The notes beneath the pieces are model-generated. The model did no database searches, was not told the origin of the DNA, and worked only from the letters and a program-made list of their open reading frames with translations. A stretch of DNA of 64,000 nucleotides, taken from Octopus vulgaris. Its lineage: Eukaryota. The position numbers were made by a program, and so were the translations under genes. Positions 28,593-41,929 of this stretch are shown here, in pieces. Location of the stretch: contig OX597815.1 in the NCBI GenBank assembly GCA_951406725.2, forward strand, positions 191,642,001 through 191,706,000. The letters run 5' to 3'. Position 1 is the first letter of the stretch, and every line of letters begins with the position of its first letter.

Positions 28593-29104
28593 AATTAATA
28601 AATAAAACATATGCATATATACATACATATATATATATAAGTACCTACCTCTACATGTATATATACATGCATATATGGGTACAGGACACCAAAAAAACGT
28701 CGAACACAATGAGAAACGAAAACATAAACACAAAACCAAGGAAATGGACATTTTTCTTAAACAACGAAAAAATAGAGTACAGGACATACAAAACAAAGGA
28801 AAATTCCTCTTCTTCAGTCGCTTTTGTTTCATCTACTCCACGTTTCGAAGGTGAGGCCCACATTAAAGGTACTTAAAGTCACAGACTTGTTTTATGTATT
28901 CTTTATACCGGGTTTCCTGTCAAATGATATTACAGCCTTCTGAGTAGAGTCACATTAGGTGGAGTACAACCTACTCTTCTAAACTGCCAAAAGGGAGGTA
29001 GGTAATCAGAAACAAAACAAGCCACAGGCTACTACTTAGTATGTTGAGTGATAAAAAATTAAAAAAAGTAAAGAAAAACAAACTAATGAAAAAATACTTT
29101 AAGA

Positions 29105-29512
29105 ATCATAAAACGACCAACACAAGATTTTAAAATATTCAGATAATATTTATACAGGAAAAAGAAGGAATAGAATTCCTTAAAACAGATGTTCAAGGAG
29201 AGAAACTACTGGAGGGGAAACACTTCTTAGGAGAGGAGACAACAAGAGTAAATGAACGGGAATCAACAGAAAAAAACGGGTCAGTGGTTTAGTAACATTA
29301 AAAGGTGCACGGAAGGAAAGTTCGGCAGAGCAATGACCCTGGATGTATTTATAGAATAGAGATAAGGAAGTAATGTTCTAGTAATGAGAGAGACGTTGAA
29401 GTTTAACTTCTAAAATAGAATCAGCTATTTTAGAATCAAGCTTTTTTAACTCGATTAAAGAGGAGAAGAATACCAGAAGGGGGAAACCAGTCCAAATGTC
29501 ACAGTAGTATTC
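29105..29512 (-). pseudogene. Highly degenerate LINE ORF2 C-terminal fragment
   Basis: Minus strand reads YYCDIWTG...LQRLSH...TSLSLFYKYIQGHCSAELS, typical of the post-RT region of CR1/L2/Jockey-group LINEs. Confidence 0.6.
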
Positions 29513-29533
29513 TATACAAGAGCTATACAAGAG

Positions 29534-29683
29534 ATCGTGGCCGTATGATAAGGAGCTTGATTTCCATTATCCACACGGCTTCGGGTTCAGTCCCACTGAA
29601 CCCGAAGCCTTGGTTAAGTGCCATCTACTAAAGCCTCGGGCTGACCAAAGCCTTCTGAGTGGATTTAGCAGAGAAGAAGCTCG

Positions 29684-29740
<57 letters not shown>

Positions 29741-29816
29741 CATACATACATACATACATACATACATACATACATGCATATATGTACAAACACACATATG
29801 TATATAGATATGTCTG

Positions 29817-29909
<93 letters not shown>

Positions 29910-30087
29910 CTTTGTGCTTGTGTTTGTCCCCTACCACCACTTCACAACCGATGTTGGTGTGTTTACATCTCTTTAACTTAGCTGTTCGGCAAAAAGAGAT
30001 CATAAAATAAGTACTGGGGTCGATTCGTTCTTCAAGGTGATGCTCCAGCATGGCTGCAGTCAAGTGACTGAAACAAGTAAAAGATGA
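29534..30087 (+). mobile_element. SINE family A (diverged, expanded internal microsatellite)
   Basis: Head, core and tail all recognisable. Confidence 0.85.
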
Positions 30088-30265
30088 AAAAATAAATTTG
30101 GAGGAAAGATAATAACGAGATCGAAATAAAGATGCAGTCTTCATAATGGCCGAACTAACAATCGCGTTTTTAATTCTTTTCTTTTTCCCAGCTTCCCACC
30201 AATCTCAAAAGCCCCACAAAAGAACATGGGTGCTGCCTTGCTCAGTCTGAAAAGCCATTAGAATA

Positions 30266-30662
30266 TCTTTATATATAAAAGTGAAGTTGTGTGTCTGTCT
30301 CCTACGATTTAGATTCCTAACTACTCCCACATTTTGCGGTGCAGTTTAACCAAAACCGGGTATCTTATAGTCGTAATTCACATCGAGCCCTTCTGGGTAT
30401 TAGCGCGCGTCTACGATGAGTCTACGATTTTAAAAAAATTTACCATCATTTTTTTCCATTTTAATGCATTTTTTCGCTATTATATAAGGGAAGTAACTCT
30501 CTAAAAATGTCTACGATGTGTCAACGATTAAAAAAAAAATTTACCATAATTTTTTTTCCATTTTTAATGCATTTTTTTGCTATTATTTGGCTATAACTCT
30601 CTAAAAATGCTTATATAGTTATTTCCCTTACAAACCCGAGCAACACCGGGTGATACTGCTAG
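30266..30662 (+). mobile_element. Non-autonomous Helitron (different 5' half)
   Basis: A|TCTTTATATATAAA start; 3' part shared with the 16178 copy; cccgagcaacaccggg hairpin; CTAG|T end. Confidence 0.8.
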
Positions 30663-31117
30663 TTTACATATATAAAAATACCAGTAATTATTAAAATATA
30701 TAACATAGAACATAGAAAGTAGAATAATTTGTTACAGCTGTTTCAGTCAAGGGGTCACAGTACCCCACTTTACTTCCATCCCTTCGGTGAACTGAAGTAT
30801 TCGGTAGATAGAATTAAAGTACTTTTTTAATGTTGTGAAAGTGAAAAAAAAAAGAAGAGAAAGTGAAGTTCACTCCCGAGGAATGTAGACCCGCAGGGCC
30901 GTTTCTCCGGCGTATAGGCTCTCTACCTGGAAATGAAGGTGGTCCGTCGCCGGGTTACTCATTTTTGCTAGCTGAGTGAACTGGAACAACACGAAATGAA
31001 GCGTTTTGTTCAAGAGCACAACGTGTCGTCCGGTCCAAGAATCGAAACCACAATCTTACGTCCACGAGTCCAACACCCCAAACCACTAAGCCAGTGATTT
31101 TTTTTTAGCACAGACAT

Positions 31118-31485
31118 AGGCATAGGAGTTGCTGTGTGGTAAGTAGCTACCTTACGAACCACATGGTTCCGGGTTCAGTCCCACTGCGTGGCACCTTGGG
31201 CAAGTGTCTTCTACTATAGCCTCGGGCCGACCAAAGCCTTGTGAGTGGATTTGGTAGACGGAAACTGAAAGAAGCCCGTCGTATATATGTATATATATGT
31301 ATATGTGTGTGTGCGTGTGTGTATATGTTTGTGTGTCTGTGTTTGTCCAACATCGCTAAGCGGCCGATAGAATAAGTACCAGGCTTACAAAGAATAAGCC
31401 CTGGGGTCGATTTGCTCGACTAAAGGCGGTGCTCCAGCATGGCCACAATCACATGACTAAAACAAGTAAGAGAGTAAGAGAGTAT
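31118..31485 (+). mobile_element. SINE family A
   Basis: Head, core and tail present; internal deletion. Confidence 0.9.
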
Positions 31486-31961
31486 AAGATTTCAAATCAG
31501 AGAGGGAGATATAGTTGAATTTATCGACTCCAGTACTTGTCCTGTCACTATATTTTATTGGTTCCAGAAGGATACAAAATGAAAGTTGACTTCGGCAAGA
31601 ATTGAACTCAGAATATAAAGTATCGTAGCTAAATGTCGCATGGCATTTTGTCCAGTATTCTAACAATTTTACTAACTCGCCGTTTGCATGGTAATTTGTC
31701 TAGTCCTCTAGCGATTCTACTAATCCATCGCCTTAAAATTTAATCCTATAAATGAACAACAACAACAACAACAGAAAATAAAAAAAAGATAGCGATAATG
31801 ATAATTCCTATCATAGATAAGGGAGACAACTCCAAAATTCAACTTGGTTAAAAACAGAAATAACGTTTCACAGCAGGGAAACAAAACTTGGTCATTGGTA
31901 AATAAAGAGATGACTCGGAACAACTTTCGATTTTAGACGTCCTCGGGGAAATATGGGTTTT

Positions 31962-32352
31962 ATCTTTTATCTTTTACTTGTTCTAGTTATTTGGCTTCGG
32001 CCATGATGGAACACCGCCTTAAAGGCTCTAAGTCGAACAAATCAACCTCAGGACTTATTTTTTTAAAGCCTTTAAAGTCTCTTTTGCGGAACCGCTAAGT
32101 TAATGGGACGTAAACACACCAACATCAGTTGTCAAGATGGGGAGGGGGACAAGCATAGACACAAAGATATATACACACAGATATATACACACGTATATAT
32201 ACGACGGGCTTCTTTTAGTCTCTGTCCATCAAATTTACTCACAAGGCTTTGGTCAGCCCGAGGCTGTAGTAGAAGAGTGCCAAGGTGTAGTAGAAGACTG
32301 AACCAAGAACGCTGTGGTTGGGAAGCAAGCTTCTTACCACACGGCCACGCCT
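31962..32352 (-). mobile_element. SINE family A (diverged)
   Basis: Reverse-complement match to family A. Confidence 0.85.
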
Positions 32353-32580
32353 GAGCCTATGCACACAGCCACTTCCGCGCCTGTGGATTTTTCAGAGTCT
32401 AGAATGTTACGTTCTGAGTTCAAATTCCGCCGAGGTCGACTTTGCCTTTCATCCCTTTCATCCTTTCGTGGCCGATAAAATAAGTGCCAGTTACGCACTG
32501 GGGTCGATATAATCGACTTAATCCCCTTGTCCTTGTTTGTCCTCTCTGTGTTTAGCCCCTTGTGGGTAGTGAAGAAATAG

Positions 32581-32801
32581 TAGATTGGAAATCGACCCAA
32601 AAAGAGATCCTCAGAGAGGAATGACCGAAATGTTTCTCAACACCAGACATTGACATGAAACTAGAATGTTTCACGTCTTCTGTGCAAGCCATATGCCAGA
32701 AATATGTCCCAGAGCACAAGGCCAAAACAAATAGGAACAAGATTCTAAGGGAAAGGAAGATTCTCATGTGACGACGGACGAAGGTTGCAAATCGACTCAA
32801 C
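32581..32801 (+). mobile_element. Internal fragment of the same LINE family as 34819-38481, abutting a SINE B tail (32405-32580)
   Basis: Aligns with 36243-36461; compare ORFs 32552..32800 and 36190..36462. Confidence 0.88.
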
Positions 32802-32919
32802 CAATATTCATAGATTAGGGAATTTAAAATAAGCGATTCGAGAAAAGCCTTAGCGGTGTTAACGAAGTTGGATTAACTGTTCACTGACAAGCGAAACCGT
32901 TTTTCGGTTCCGATTGCTT

Positions 32920-33800
32920 ATATTGGCTTCAAATTTTTGATACAAGGCCAGCAACTACGGGGAAAGAGGTAAATCGATTATATCGATCTCAGTGGTCAAC
33001 TCTGGCACTTATTTTATCTATTTCTTCACTACCCACAAGGGGCTAAACACAGAGAGGACAAACAAGGACAGACAAACGGATTAAGTCGATTACATCGACC
33101 CCAGTGCGTAACTGGTACTTATTTTATCGGTCACGAATGGATGAAAGGCAAAGTCGACTTCGGCGGAATTTGAACTCAGAACGTAACGGCAGACGAAATA
33201 CCTATTTTTTTACTACCCACAAGGGGCTAAACACAGAGAGGACAAACAAGGACAGACAAACGGATTAAGTCGATTACATCGACCCCAGTGCGTAACTGGT
33301 ACTTAATTTATCGGCCACGAATGGATGAAAGGCAAAGTCGACCTCGGCAGAATTTGAACTCAGAACGTAACGGGAGACGAAATACCCATTTCTTTACAAC
33401 CCTCAAGGAGCTAAACACAGGGAGGACAAACAAGGACAGACAAACGGATTAAGTCGATTATATCGACCCTAGTGCGTAACTGGTACTTAATTTATCGGCC
33501 ACGAAAGGATGAAAGGCAAAGTCGACTTCGGCGGAATTTGAACTCAGAACGTAACGGCAGACGAAATACCTATTTCTTTACTACCCACAAGGGGCTAAAC
33601 ACAGAGAGGACAAACAAGGACAGACAAACGGATTGAGTCGATTACATCGACTCCAGTGCGTAACTGGTACTTAATTTATCGGCCACGAATGGATGAAAGG
33701 TTTAGTCACCTCCGGCAATTTGAACGCAGAATGCAAAGACGGACGAAATACAGCTAAACAGTTTGTCCAGCATGCTAACGATTCTTCTAGCTTCCCGCCT
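32920..33800 (-). mobile_element. Tandem SINE B array (~184-bp units, four copies plus a terminal partial)
   Basis: Unit boundaries near 33017, 33201, 33385 and 33569; a single head near 33800. Confidence 0.92.
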
Positions 33801-34301
33801 TTGAATGAATTAAAATATTGGCCGACATTTAATCAGATGCTATATCAATTTAGCTGTATCACAAGTTAACCAATAAGCAATTGTAATAATCATTTCTTTT
33901 GAGTAAATACAAAGGTAATTTTTTCTAGGGTTGATGGTGGAGGAGAGACGACGACGGACGCTTTTATAGTCGAAGTCTTCGGTGAAATAGATGCAATCAT
34001 TGTTAGATTATTCTTTAAAGAAATGGGTAAGCAGCGGGGGAGTGAGTCTGAAGGAAGAAAATATTATTAAATATATGGGGAAAATGTAATTACATTTATT
34101 GGGGAAAATATAATTATATATTAAAGTAAATATAAGTAAATATTAAAAAAAATATAAACTAAATCTTTAATGATTTCTGGGCCAGATCAATTGATAATTG
34201 GTAAGAAGCTAGGTAATATAAACTCTGAGTAACCCAAAATATATTAACAAGTTTATTATGTACATACATACATACATACATACTTAGATGCTCAAACATG
34301 T

Positions 34302-34346
<45 letters not shown>

Positions 34347-34409
34347 CATACATACATACATACATACATACATACATAAATACATACATACATAGATGCT
34401 CAAACATGT

Positions 34410-34448
<39 letters not shown>

Positions 34449-34723
34449 CATATGCACACACATATATACATGCATATATATGTATATATGAATGTGAGTT
34501 TGTATGTATATATATACATACATATACATATATATATATATATAAAATCAAGAAAAATGGTAATCAAAATTGTAGATAATGATTTATTTAACATTTACAT
34601 CTCCTTTTGAGAAAATCATCATGAATGATTTATTTACAGAAAATTCAAGCTTTGTGTAAATGACTTAGTTGAAAAAATATCTGGAGTTGAATTGGAAAAA
34701 AAATCTTTATTATTTCGATTCTA

Positions 34724-37700
34724 TTGGGTTGGCAAGAAAGTAATTTCGTTTTTTTTTTTTTTGTGTGTGTGTGTGAAATAAAAGTCATTTTTTTAATATT
34801 AAGAATGAACTTTAATCACCTCTGTGAACGACCAGGCAGAACACTCCTGTGAACGACGAGGCGGAAAAGGATAGGGAAGCCAAGGGAGCAGCAACAAGAA
34901 GCCCCTCTGTGCCAGTGGTCCTACAAAGGAACGGAGCCCTCACCCCATTGGACAACCAGAGGAAAAAAGTTCCCACCACAAGAAAATGAAGGACGGAACA
35001 CCAACACAAACATAAAGAAGGAAAGGAAGAAAAAGTAAAAGGCAAAAATGAAACAACTAAAACCCCAACCCACCAAAACAACCCCAGAAAACCCCATGGA
35101 GGATCCAATGCCATCCAAAAATTCTACAGGAAAGAGGAAATTTGGAAGGCACTCAAGAACCTGCAGATTTTACCTGCAGAGCAAATGTTGGCATGGGGAA
35201 AACGGCAAAAACTGCCGATTTGCCCAACCGACACCCCGCCAAAACTACAGGAATCTTAAGGAGAAAAACGTCCCTGAGGAAAGACAGCAGATTTCTCCAA
35301 GGAAAAAATTTACGTAAGACGTGCGCTCTTCAGAGGTTATGTGCAGTACAGCAGCTGAGCAAGAGTCTTTTTTGTGCTGGGCGCAAAGGATTGTACAGCA
35401 GCTGACCCGGCTACACCAAACACAAACAAGGAACCTTGCCCACCACTGCGCAAGACCACCACAGTCAACAGACACGGGATGGCCTCTCCTAATGCCTGCA
35501 CAGTCGTCACGCCAATATTTTTTTTACTAAATATTGGGGTCCTGTTGCATCATAATAAAAGCAAAATTTCTTTCGTGAGAGATCTTGCTGCATCCAATCA
35601 AACCCTATGCATAGCAGTCGTAGAAACTCACCTCAGCCCTGATATAGAGGATGCAGAAGCGCACGTACCAAAATATGGCATACTGCGAACAAACAAAAGG
35701 GAAAGGAGCCATGGTGGAGTTGCTGTATACATCCGTGATGACCTCGCACACCAGGTCTTACGGTCATACTCAAATTCAGTATGTGACACTCTAATTGTAT
35801 ACATAAGACAATATAATATAGTCATATGCAATACATATTGCCCACCGGATGCTCCAAACCACATAAGCAAGTTTGAAGACTGCCTCACAAGAATTAAAGA
35901 AATCCTCATGAAACTGGAACACCACGTGGCCATATTTCTTATGGGTGATTTCAACTCCCCAATGTCAAATGGCCCGAAGGTCTCATACTTTCAAGAATGA
36001 CTCATTGCAAGCAAGCACAGGTGGAGTCCCTGCTCAACCTCGTCAATGCCCTATTCATGGAGCAAGCTGTATTCAGACCAACTAGGGCGAATAACATTCT
36101 GAATTTCTGCTTCACGAACAATATGGACATCATTCATGATGTGAAAGTGACGCCGACATTAGTCTCGGATCACAACATAATAGAGCTGTCTATGTTTGGG
36201 CCGAAAGTAGCCGAAATCTCTCCAATCTGAACTTCCACAAAGCAGACTGGAAATCGATCCAAAAAGAGATCCTCAGAGAAGACTGGCCGAAATGTCTCTC
36301 CACATCAGACATTGACATGAAACTAGAATGTTTCATGTCTTCTGTGCAAGCCGTATGCCAGAAATATGTCCCAGAGAACAAGGCCAAAATAAATAAGAAC
36401 AAGATTCCAAGGGAGAGGAAGATTCTCATGAGACGACGGACGAAGGTTGCAAATCGACTCAATTAACATCCCAAAAGTAGTGAAAGGTCCCGCCTAAAAA
36501 CAACACTAATGGAGATTGAAAAAAGGCTGCAACAATCCTATGTGAGAGAGAGAGAGAGCAGACAGAAGCCTGGGTTATAAAAAACATTAAGTCAAACCCA
36601 AAGGCCTTCTTTCGTTACGCGAAAGAAGCAGTCTCAGTACGCTGCAAGATAGGACCCCTCTTCCAAAAGGATGGCTCCCTCACAGACAGTTCAACTAGGA
36701 TCAGTGAAGTACTGAATGATCAGTTCAAAAGTGTCTTTACTACCCCGTTGGAACACAGATAAGTGAACGAACCAGTGGACTTCTTTGCCGCCTCACCTAT
36801 AACCAGCGAGGCAGTTACAATGGAATACATTGACATTAGCGAAGAAGATATACTACTAGCCATAGATGAAGCGTACTCAAACTCAACTGCTGATCCTGAT
36901 GGTTTCCCAGCAATTCTCCTCAAATCGTGTAAGCATGCCCTGGCAAAATACCTCCAGATTCTCTTCCAGAGCTTTCTTGCAAATGGCAGGCTGCCCGGCA
37001 AGCTGAAGGAGGGAATAATATGTCCAATCCATAAAGGGGGAAGCAGAGCAGATGCCAAAAACTATAGGCCTATCTCTCTGACTTCACACATCAGCAAAGT
37101 CAGGGAAACTAATCGCATTACTTGAAGAAAATAACTTGCTGAGTGATACCCAGCATGGTTTTCGACCAGGTAGGAGCTGCCTGACCCAGCTCTTACAACA
37201 TTATGACTGGGTGTTGAGGCAACAAATCAAATGTGGATGTAATATACACCTTGATTTTGCAAAAGCTTTTGACAAGGTGGATCATGGTATGATATGCCAC
37301 AAACCACGTGATCTCAGCATAGCTGAAAAACTTGGAGAGTGGTTATATGACTTTCTGAAAGATAGAAGTCAGGTAGTAGTGGCTAATGGAGCCACCTCTA
37401 TGAAAATACAAATAGTGAGCGGTGTTCCACAGGGCACTGTCTTGTGACCACTGCTTTTTATATTGGCCCTCTCAGATATGCCCTCAAGTAACCGGATATC
37501 CACCCTTGCAAGGTACGCAGACGATACGAAAGTCTCGCAGAAAATACAAAACCCCAGCGATGTTGCACATCTGCAGCAGGAGTTGGACTCAATTTACAGA
37601 TGGGCTGAGGATAATGATATGCAGTTTGATGCTGAAAATTCCAAGCCCTGCGCTACCAGCGTCCAAAACTGAATATGAAGCTTACAGGGTACACCGGTCC

Positions 37701-39645
37701 ACAGGGAATTTCAACTTCAGAGCCTAAATGAGTGACGGACCTGGGTATCGACATGAGTAATGATACCTCTTTCCAAGTGCACATTACCAGGATGGCGACA
37801 AAGTGCAGACGACTGGTTGGATGGATCCTGAGAACATTCAGAACCAGAGATAAGGAAACCATGATGGTTCTCTGGAGGACATTCGTCCTCAGCCGCCTGG
37901 ATTACTGCTCACAGCTATGGTCACCCACCAGTGTGAAATTAACAGCGGACCTTGAAGCAATCCAGAGAAGATTCACAAAGAAGATCGTCCCTTTACAACA
38001 GCTCAGCTACTGGAAAGGCTGAAACAGCTAAGACTCTACTCCCTGGAGAGCAGATGGGGGAGGTATGCAGTAATATACATCTGGAAGATCCTGGAAGGAA
38101 TTGTGCCAAATTTTGGCATTGAAAGCTACACAAATACCAGAACGGGACGACACTGCATAGTGCCAAAGATCCCATAACGCCATGACGCTTCAGGACCAGT
38201 TACTGCAATAGCCTGGGTTTCAGGGGCCCACAGCTTTTTAATATTCTCCCAAAGAGCCTGAGGAACCTGCACAAAGTAGATATAGGTGTTTTTAAATCAA
38301 AGCTGTACCTCTTCCTGTCGAGAGTCACAGATGAACCTACCTCACGGCAAGAGGTGCAAATGAAGGTAGCTACATCAAAACCATTCTTCACCAAGTGCCA
38401 CATATTGGAGGAGGCTCTCAGTGTAGCAAAACGGCGGTGTATCAGCATGGCTGCAGCTCTGAGCTGAAACTACAGAAAAAAGTTATATATTTTCCATTTT
38501 GTTCAGTGGCCTTTTGCCATCTTTCTGGCAACCTCATGATTCCGTCCTTATCAGCCCAAAACTGAAAGAATGGTGATTTCAGGTCATAATCATCATTGAA
38601 AATTTTACTATTCAAAGAACTTTGCAAACTTGGTAATAAATGGTAATCTGATGTTGCAAGGTCAGGGCTTTATGGTAGATATGACATCACTTGCCAACCG
38701 AGCTCCAATAATTTTTCACGAGTCAGCAAAGACGTGTGTGGTCTAGTATTGTCTTGGTGGAACAAGATTCCTTTACGATTTGCAAATTCTTGGCCATTTT
38801 TCTTTGACTGCTTCCTCCTGTTTCATTAGTTGTTGACAGTAAACATCTGAATTGATCGTTTGGTTCCTTGGAAGCAGCTCAAATTACACAACACCTTTGT
38901 AATTCCACGAAATTGACAGCATAATCTTTCTTGATGCAATTCAGCTTTTGATGTTGTTTGTGCTAGTTCATTACACTTGGATCATGATCACTTTTGATTG
39001 ATGCAATTGTAGACAATCCATTTTACATCACCACTAATGATTTGTTTAAAAAAAGAGGTTGATTTCATTGTGTTTGAGATGCATATCACAAATATTGATT
39101 CATTGTGTTCAGTGAAACTCTTTCAATTCATGTGGAACCCAAATATCAAGTTTCTTAACGAGTCCAAGACATTTTAAGTGATTTTTAATTGGTGTATGTG
39201 ATACATTTAACCTCTCTGCAATCTCTCGCACAGATATGTGATAATCAAATTCAATTGTGGCTTTGATTCGGTCATCATCAACATCAGTAGGTCAACCAGA
39301 ACGTTGGTCATCTTTGAGGGAAAAATCTCCAGAACGTAATTTTTAAAACCATTTCTGACATGTGCGTTCTGTTAAGCAATAAACACCATAAACTTCACAC
39401 ATCTCTTTGTGAACCTCAGCTTTCTTGCCTTTACGGAAATAAAAGAGCAAAATATGGCGAAAACGTTTTTGCACTCCATATTAAAATTGACACTGAACTA
39501 ACAGCTGTAAACAAAATTACGTGCAATTTGCTTCCAAAGTAAGTTAAAAGTAATGGCTATCAAATGTCAAAAGGAAAAAATCATAACATGGACAAAAGTC
39601 ATTAAAAAAAATCTATTTGCGAAAAATGAAATTACTTTCTTACAC
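34724..39645 (-). mobile_element. Defective mariner split by a LINE insertion
   Basis: TIR ttgggttggcaagaaagtaatttcg (34724) and partial counterpart gaaattactttctta (~39630); transposase remnants at 38483-39480 (QDNTRPH, PDLATSDYHL, GIMRLPERWQKATEQNGKYIT); the last codons continue at 34818-34810. Confidence 0.85.
34819..38481 (+). mobile_element. Degenerate non-LTR retrotransposon (CR1/L2-group-like LINE): ORF1 remnant, APE endonuclease, RT and 3' UTR
   Basis: APE motifs VVETHL, GGVAVYI, YCPP, GDFN, PTR, SDHN; RT motifs PDG, YRPISLTS, QHGFRPGRSC, LDFAKAFDKVDH, SGVPQG, YADDTK, SRLDYCSQLWSP; many stops and frameshifts. Confidence 0.95.
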
Positions 39646-39774
39646 ACACGAGGGTGTATACATGCATGTGCATCTATGTGTGTGTGAGTGAGTGAGTATA
39701 TGTGTGTGGTAGATTTTTGGAGGCTTGTTTAGAGATAGAAAAAGGGAAAAGAAAGATAGCAGAAGAATTTTATA

Positions 39775-40567
39775 TCTATATATATAAAACTCAACTTCCC
39801 GGCACATCTCCTCCTAGCCAACAAATCGTAGAGCCACCAAAAATGGGTCACTTAAAGTTCAGGCGAATGAAAATTGAACTGCGCTATTTCTGTTCCGAAA
39901 TTCAACTCGCAAGTGCAGAAATAGATAATGTGTTTGTTTTGGCCTTATCCCATGCATTGAATAGTAAACTTTACTCAGTCAGCTGTTTGACGTGAACTGT
40001 ATTCACCACGCGTGCAAGCTTGCGTAAATTGCATGAAAAATAAAAAAAATAAAAATATAAAAACGAATCGCCGTAAACATTGTAGAAATTCGGCAAAGAA
40101 ATGAATTTTTGGGATGTAGCCTGGAGGGTTTTTTGGCATTAATCGTTTGGACTTTGTGAACACATACCAATTGTTTTCATAACATTTTTAACGCTTTGAA
40201 TTAAATGTGACCATTTTGCGTTGAGTCTGCAGTTTGAATCACTTTAACCAAATTTTAGCAGGCCGGATTTTTGATCATCACGATACATCGCCAGCGACTC
40301 CCTGAAACTCTCCCCTGAAATCCCCGTTGAGAAACACTGATCTAAAAGAATAATTCAACAATGCAATTATTTGATCAACAAAAATTTATGAAACGCTTCT
40401 ACGTACTTCCTATTGAGGAAATGGAACACATAAGCGCAAAAATAGAGGGCATGAAATGCTTGATTTTAAAACCAAAATAATTGAATTTTGGTTGAACTTC
40501 ATCCAAGTTTAGCTTAATTCGCGCGTGCATAAAACGCACGAGCGCACGAGCCGGGCAATACTGCTAG
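39775..40567 (+). mobile_element. Non-autonomous Helitron (longer, distinct interior)
   Basis: A|TCTATATATATAAA start; gccgggcaatactgCTAG|T end shared with the other copies. Confidence 0.7.
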
Positions 40568-40579
40568 TATAAATATATA

Positions 40580-40838
40580 TTTTACTTGTTTCAGTCATTT
40601 AATTGCGGCCATGCTGGGGTACTACCTTGAAAGGTTTTAGTCGAACAAACTGATTCCAGTACGTTTTATTTTTTAAGCCTGAAACTTATTCTATCGGTCA
40701 CTTTTGCCCGAGCCGCTAAGTTATGGTGACATAAACACACCAACAACGGTTGTCAAGTGGTGGTAGGGGACAAATACAAACACAAAGATGGATACACACA
40801 AATCTCTCTCTCTCTCTCTCGCTAGCTCTCTCTCTCTA

Positions 40839-40929
<91 letters not shown>

Positions 40930-41068
40930 ATGTGTGACGGGCTTTCGGTTTCTGTCTATCAAATTTGCTCGCAAGGCCCGAGACTATAACACATGACACC
41001 TATCCAAGGTGCCACGCAGTGAGACAGAATCCAGAACCATGTGGTTGGGAAGCAAGTTTATTACTACG
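40580..41068 (-). mobile_element. SINE family A
   Basis: Reverse-complement match to family A. Confidence 0.85.
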
Positions 41069-41101
41069 CAGACACACATGTGTCTATACATACATACACA
41101 C

Positions 41102-41139
<38 letters not shown>

Positions 41140-41145
<6 letters not shown>

Positions 41146-41892
41146 GTTAAAAAAACACAAACTGGGACAAGAACGTGAAACATTTTGAAGACGGCAAAAA
41201 AACACACAGACGGGACTTTCGAAGCTCTCAGTCATCAGTCAAGAACCAGATCATCTTCGCAATTTCGGCTGATTAATCTTGAGATTGCTCCAATCTGGGC
41301 AGCCAACCAAGGGAAATCTAAGCCAATCGCATTAGATTCCTTGGAAGAAAACCTCGAAAGTATACAACACGGTGACGGAAAAACGGACGATGTTACTCGA
41401 AAAAAAAAAAAATTCAAAAATACGTAAAAACAATAAAGAAAGCACGGATAAAAATACAAAATAACGTAAAAACAATCATAACAAAACCAGGACGTCAGGA
41501 CAAGCGTCTTTCGACAGGACGAGTTGAGTATAGGGCTGGCTGTGGTAAAAATGCCTGAAGGCAAACGGAGCACAAACACATACGTGTGGTCAAGCCAACT
41601 ACTTGATGCGAAAGGCAGTAGTAGCTAGCTGGTCACGTGAGCACAAAAAGGAGGAAGGGACAGATGAAGAGAGAAGCAGGAGAGGGAAAGGGACAGGTCA
41701 GGTGGGGTATAAGGTCTGAGAGGCAGAGAAATGTGGGAGAGGAGGGACGGAGGAAGAGAGAAAGAAAGAAGGGGAACAAGGGAGGAGAAGAAAAAGAGGG
41801 AAAGAGACAGAACAAGGGGAGTGAAAAGGGTGAAGGCAGAGAAAAGTAGGAGAGGGGGGAAAAAGAGACAGAGTAGTAGAGTCGTACCAATG

Positions 41893-41895
<3 letters not shown>
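41140..41895 (-). mobile_element. Unclassified (TA)n-flanked element, possible PLE pLTR
   Basis: Bounded by (TA)n on both sides; T-rich 3' tail; partial CTGATGA..GAAA motif at ~41215-41238. Confidence 0.4.

Positions 41896-41929
<34 letters not shown>

Noticed and set aside
33017-33750. Regular repeats superficially like a CRISPR array
   Set aside because: No unique spacers, units of ~184 bp, eukaryotic SINE sequence, and no cas genes.
41205-41245. Minus-strand CTGATGA-N11-GAAAGTC as a hammerhead
   Set aside because: Stems I and III cannot be formed, so it is kept only as a weak hint in the element call.
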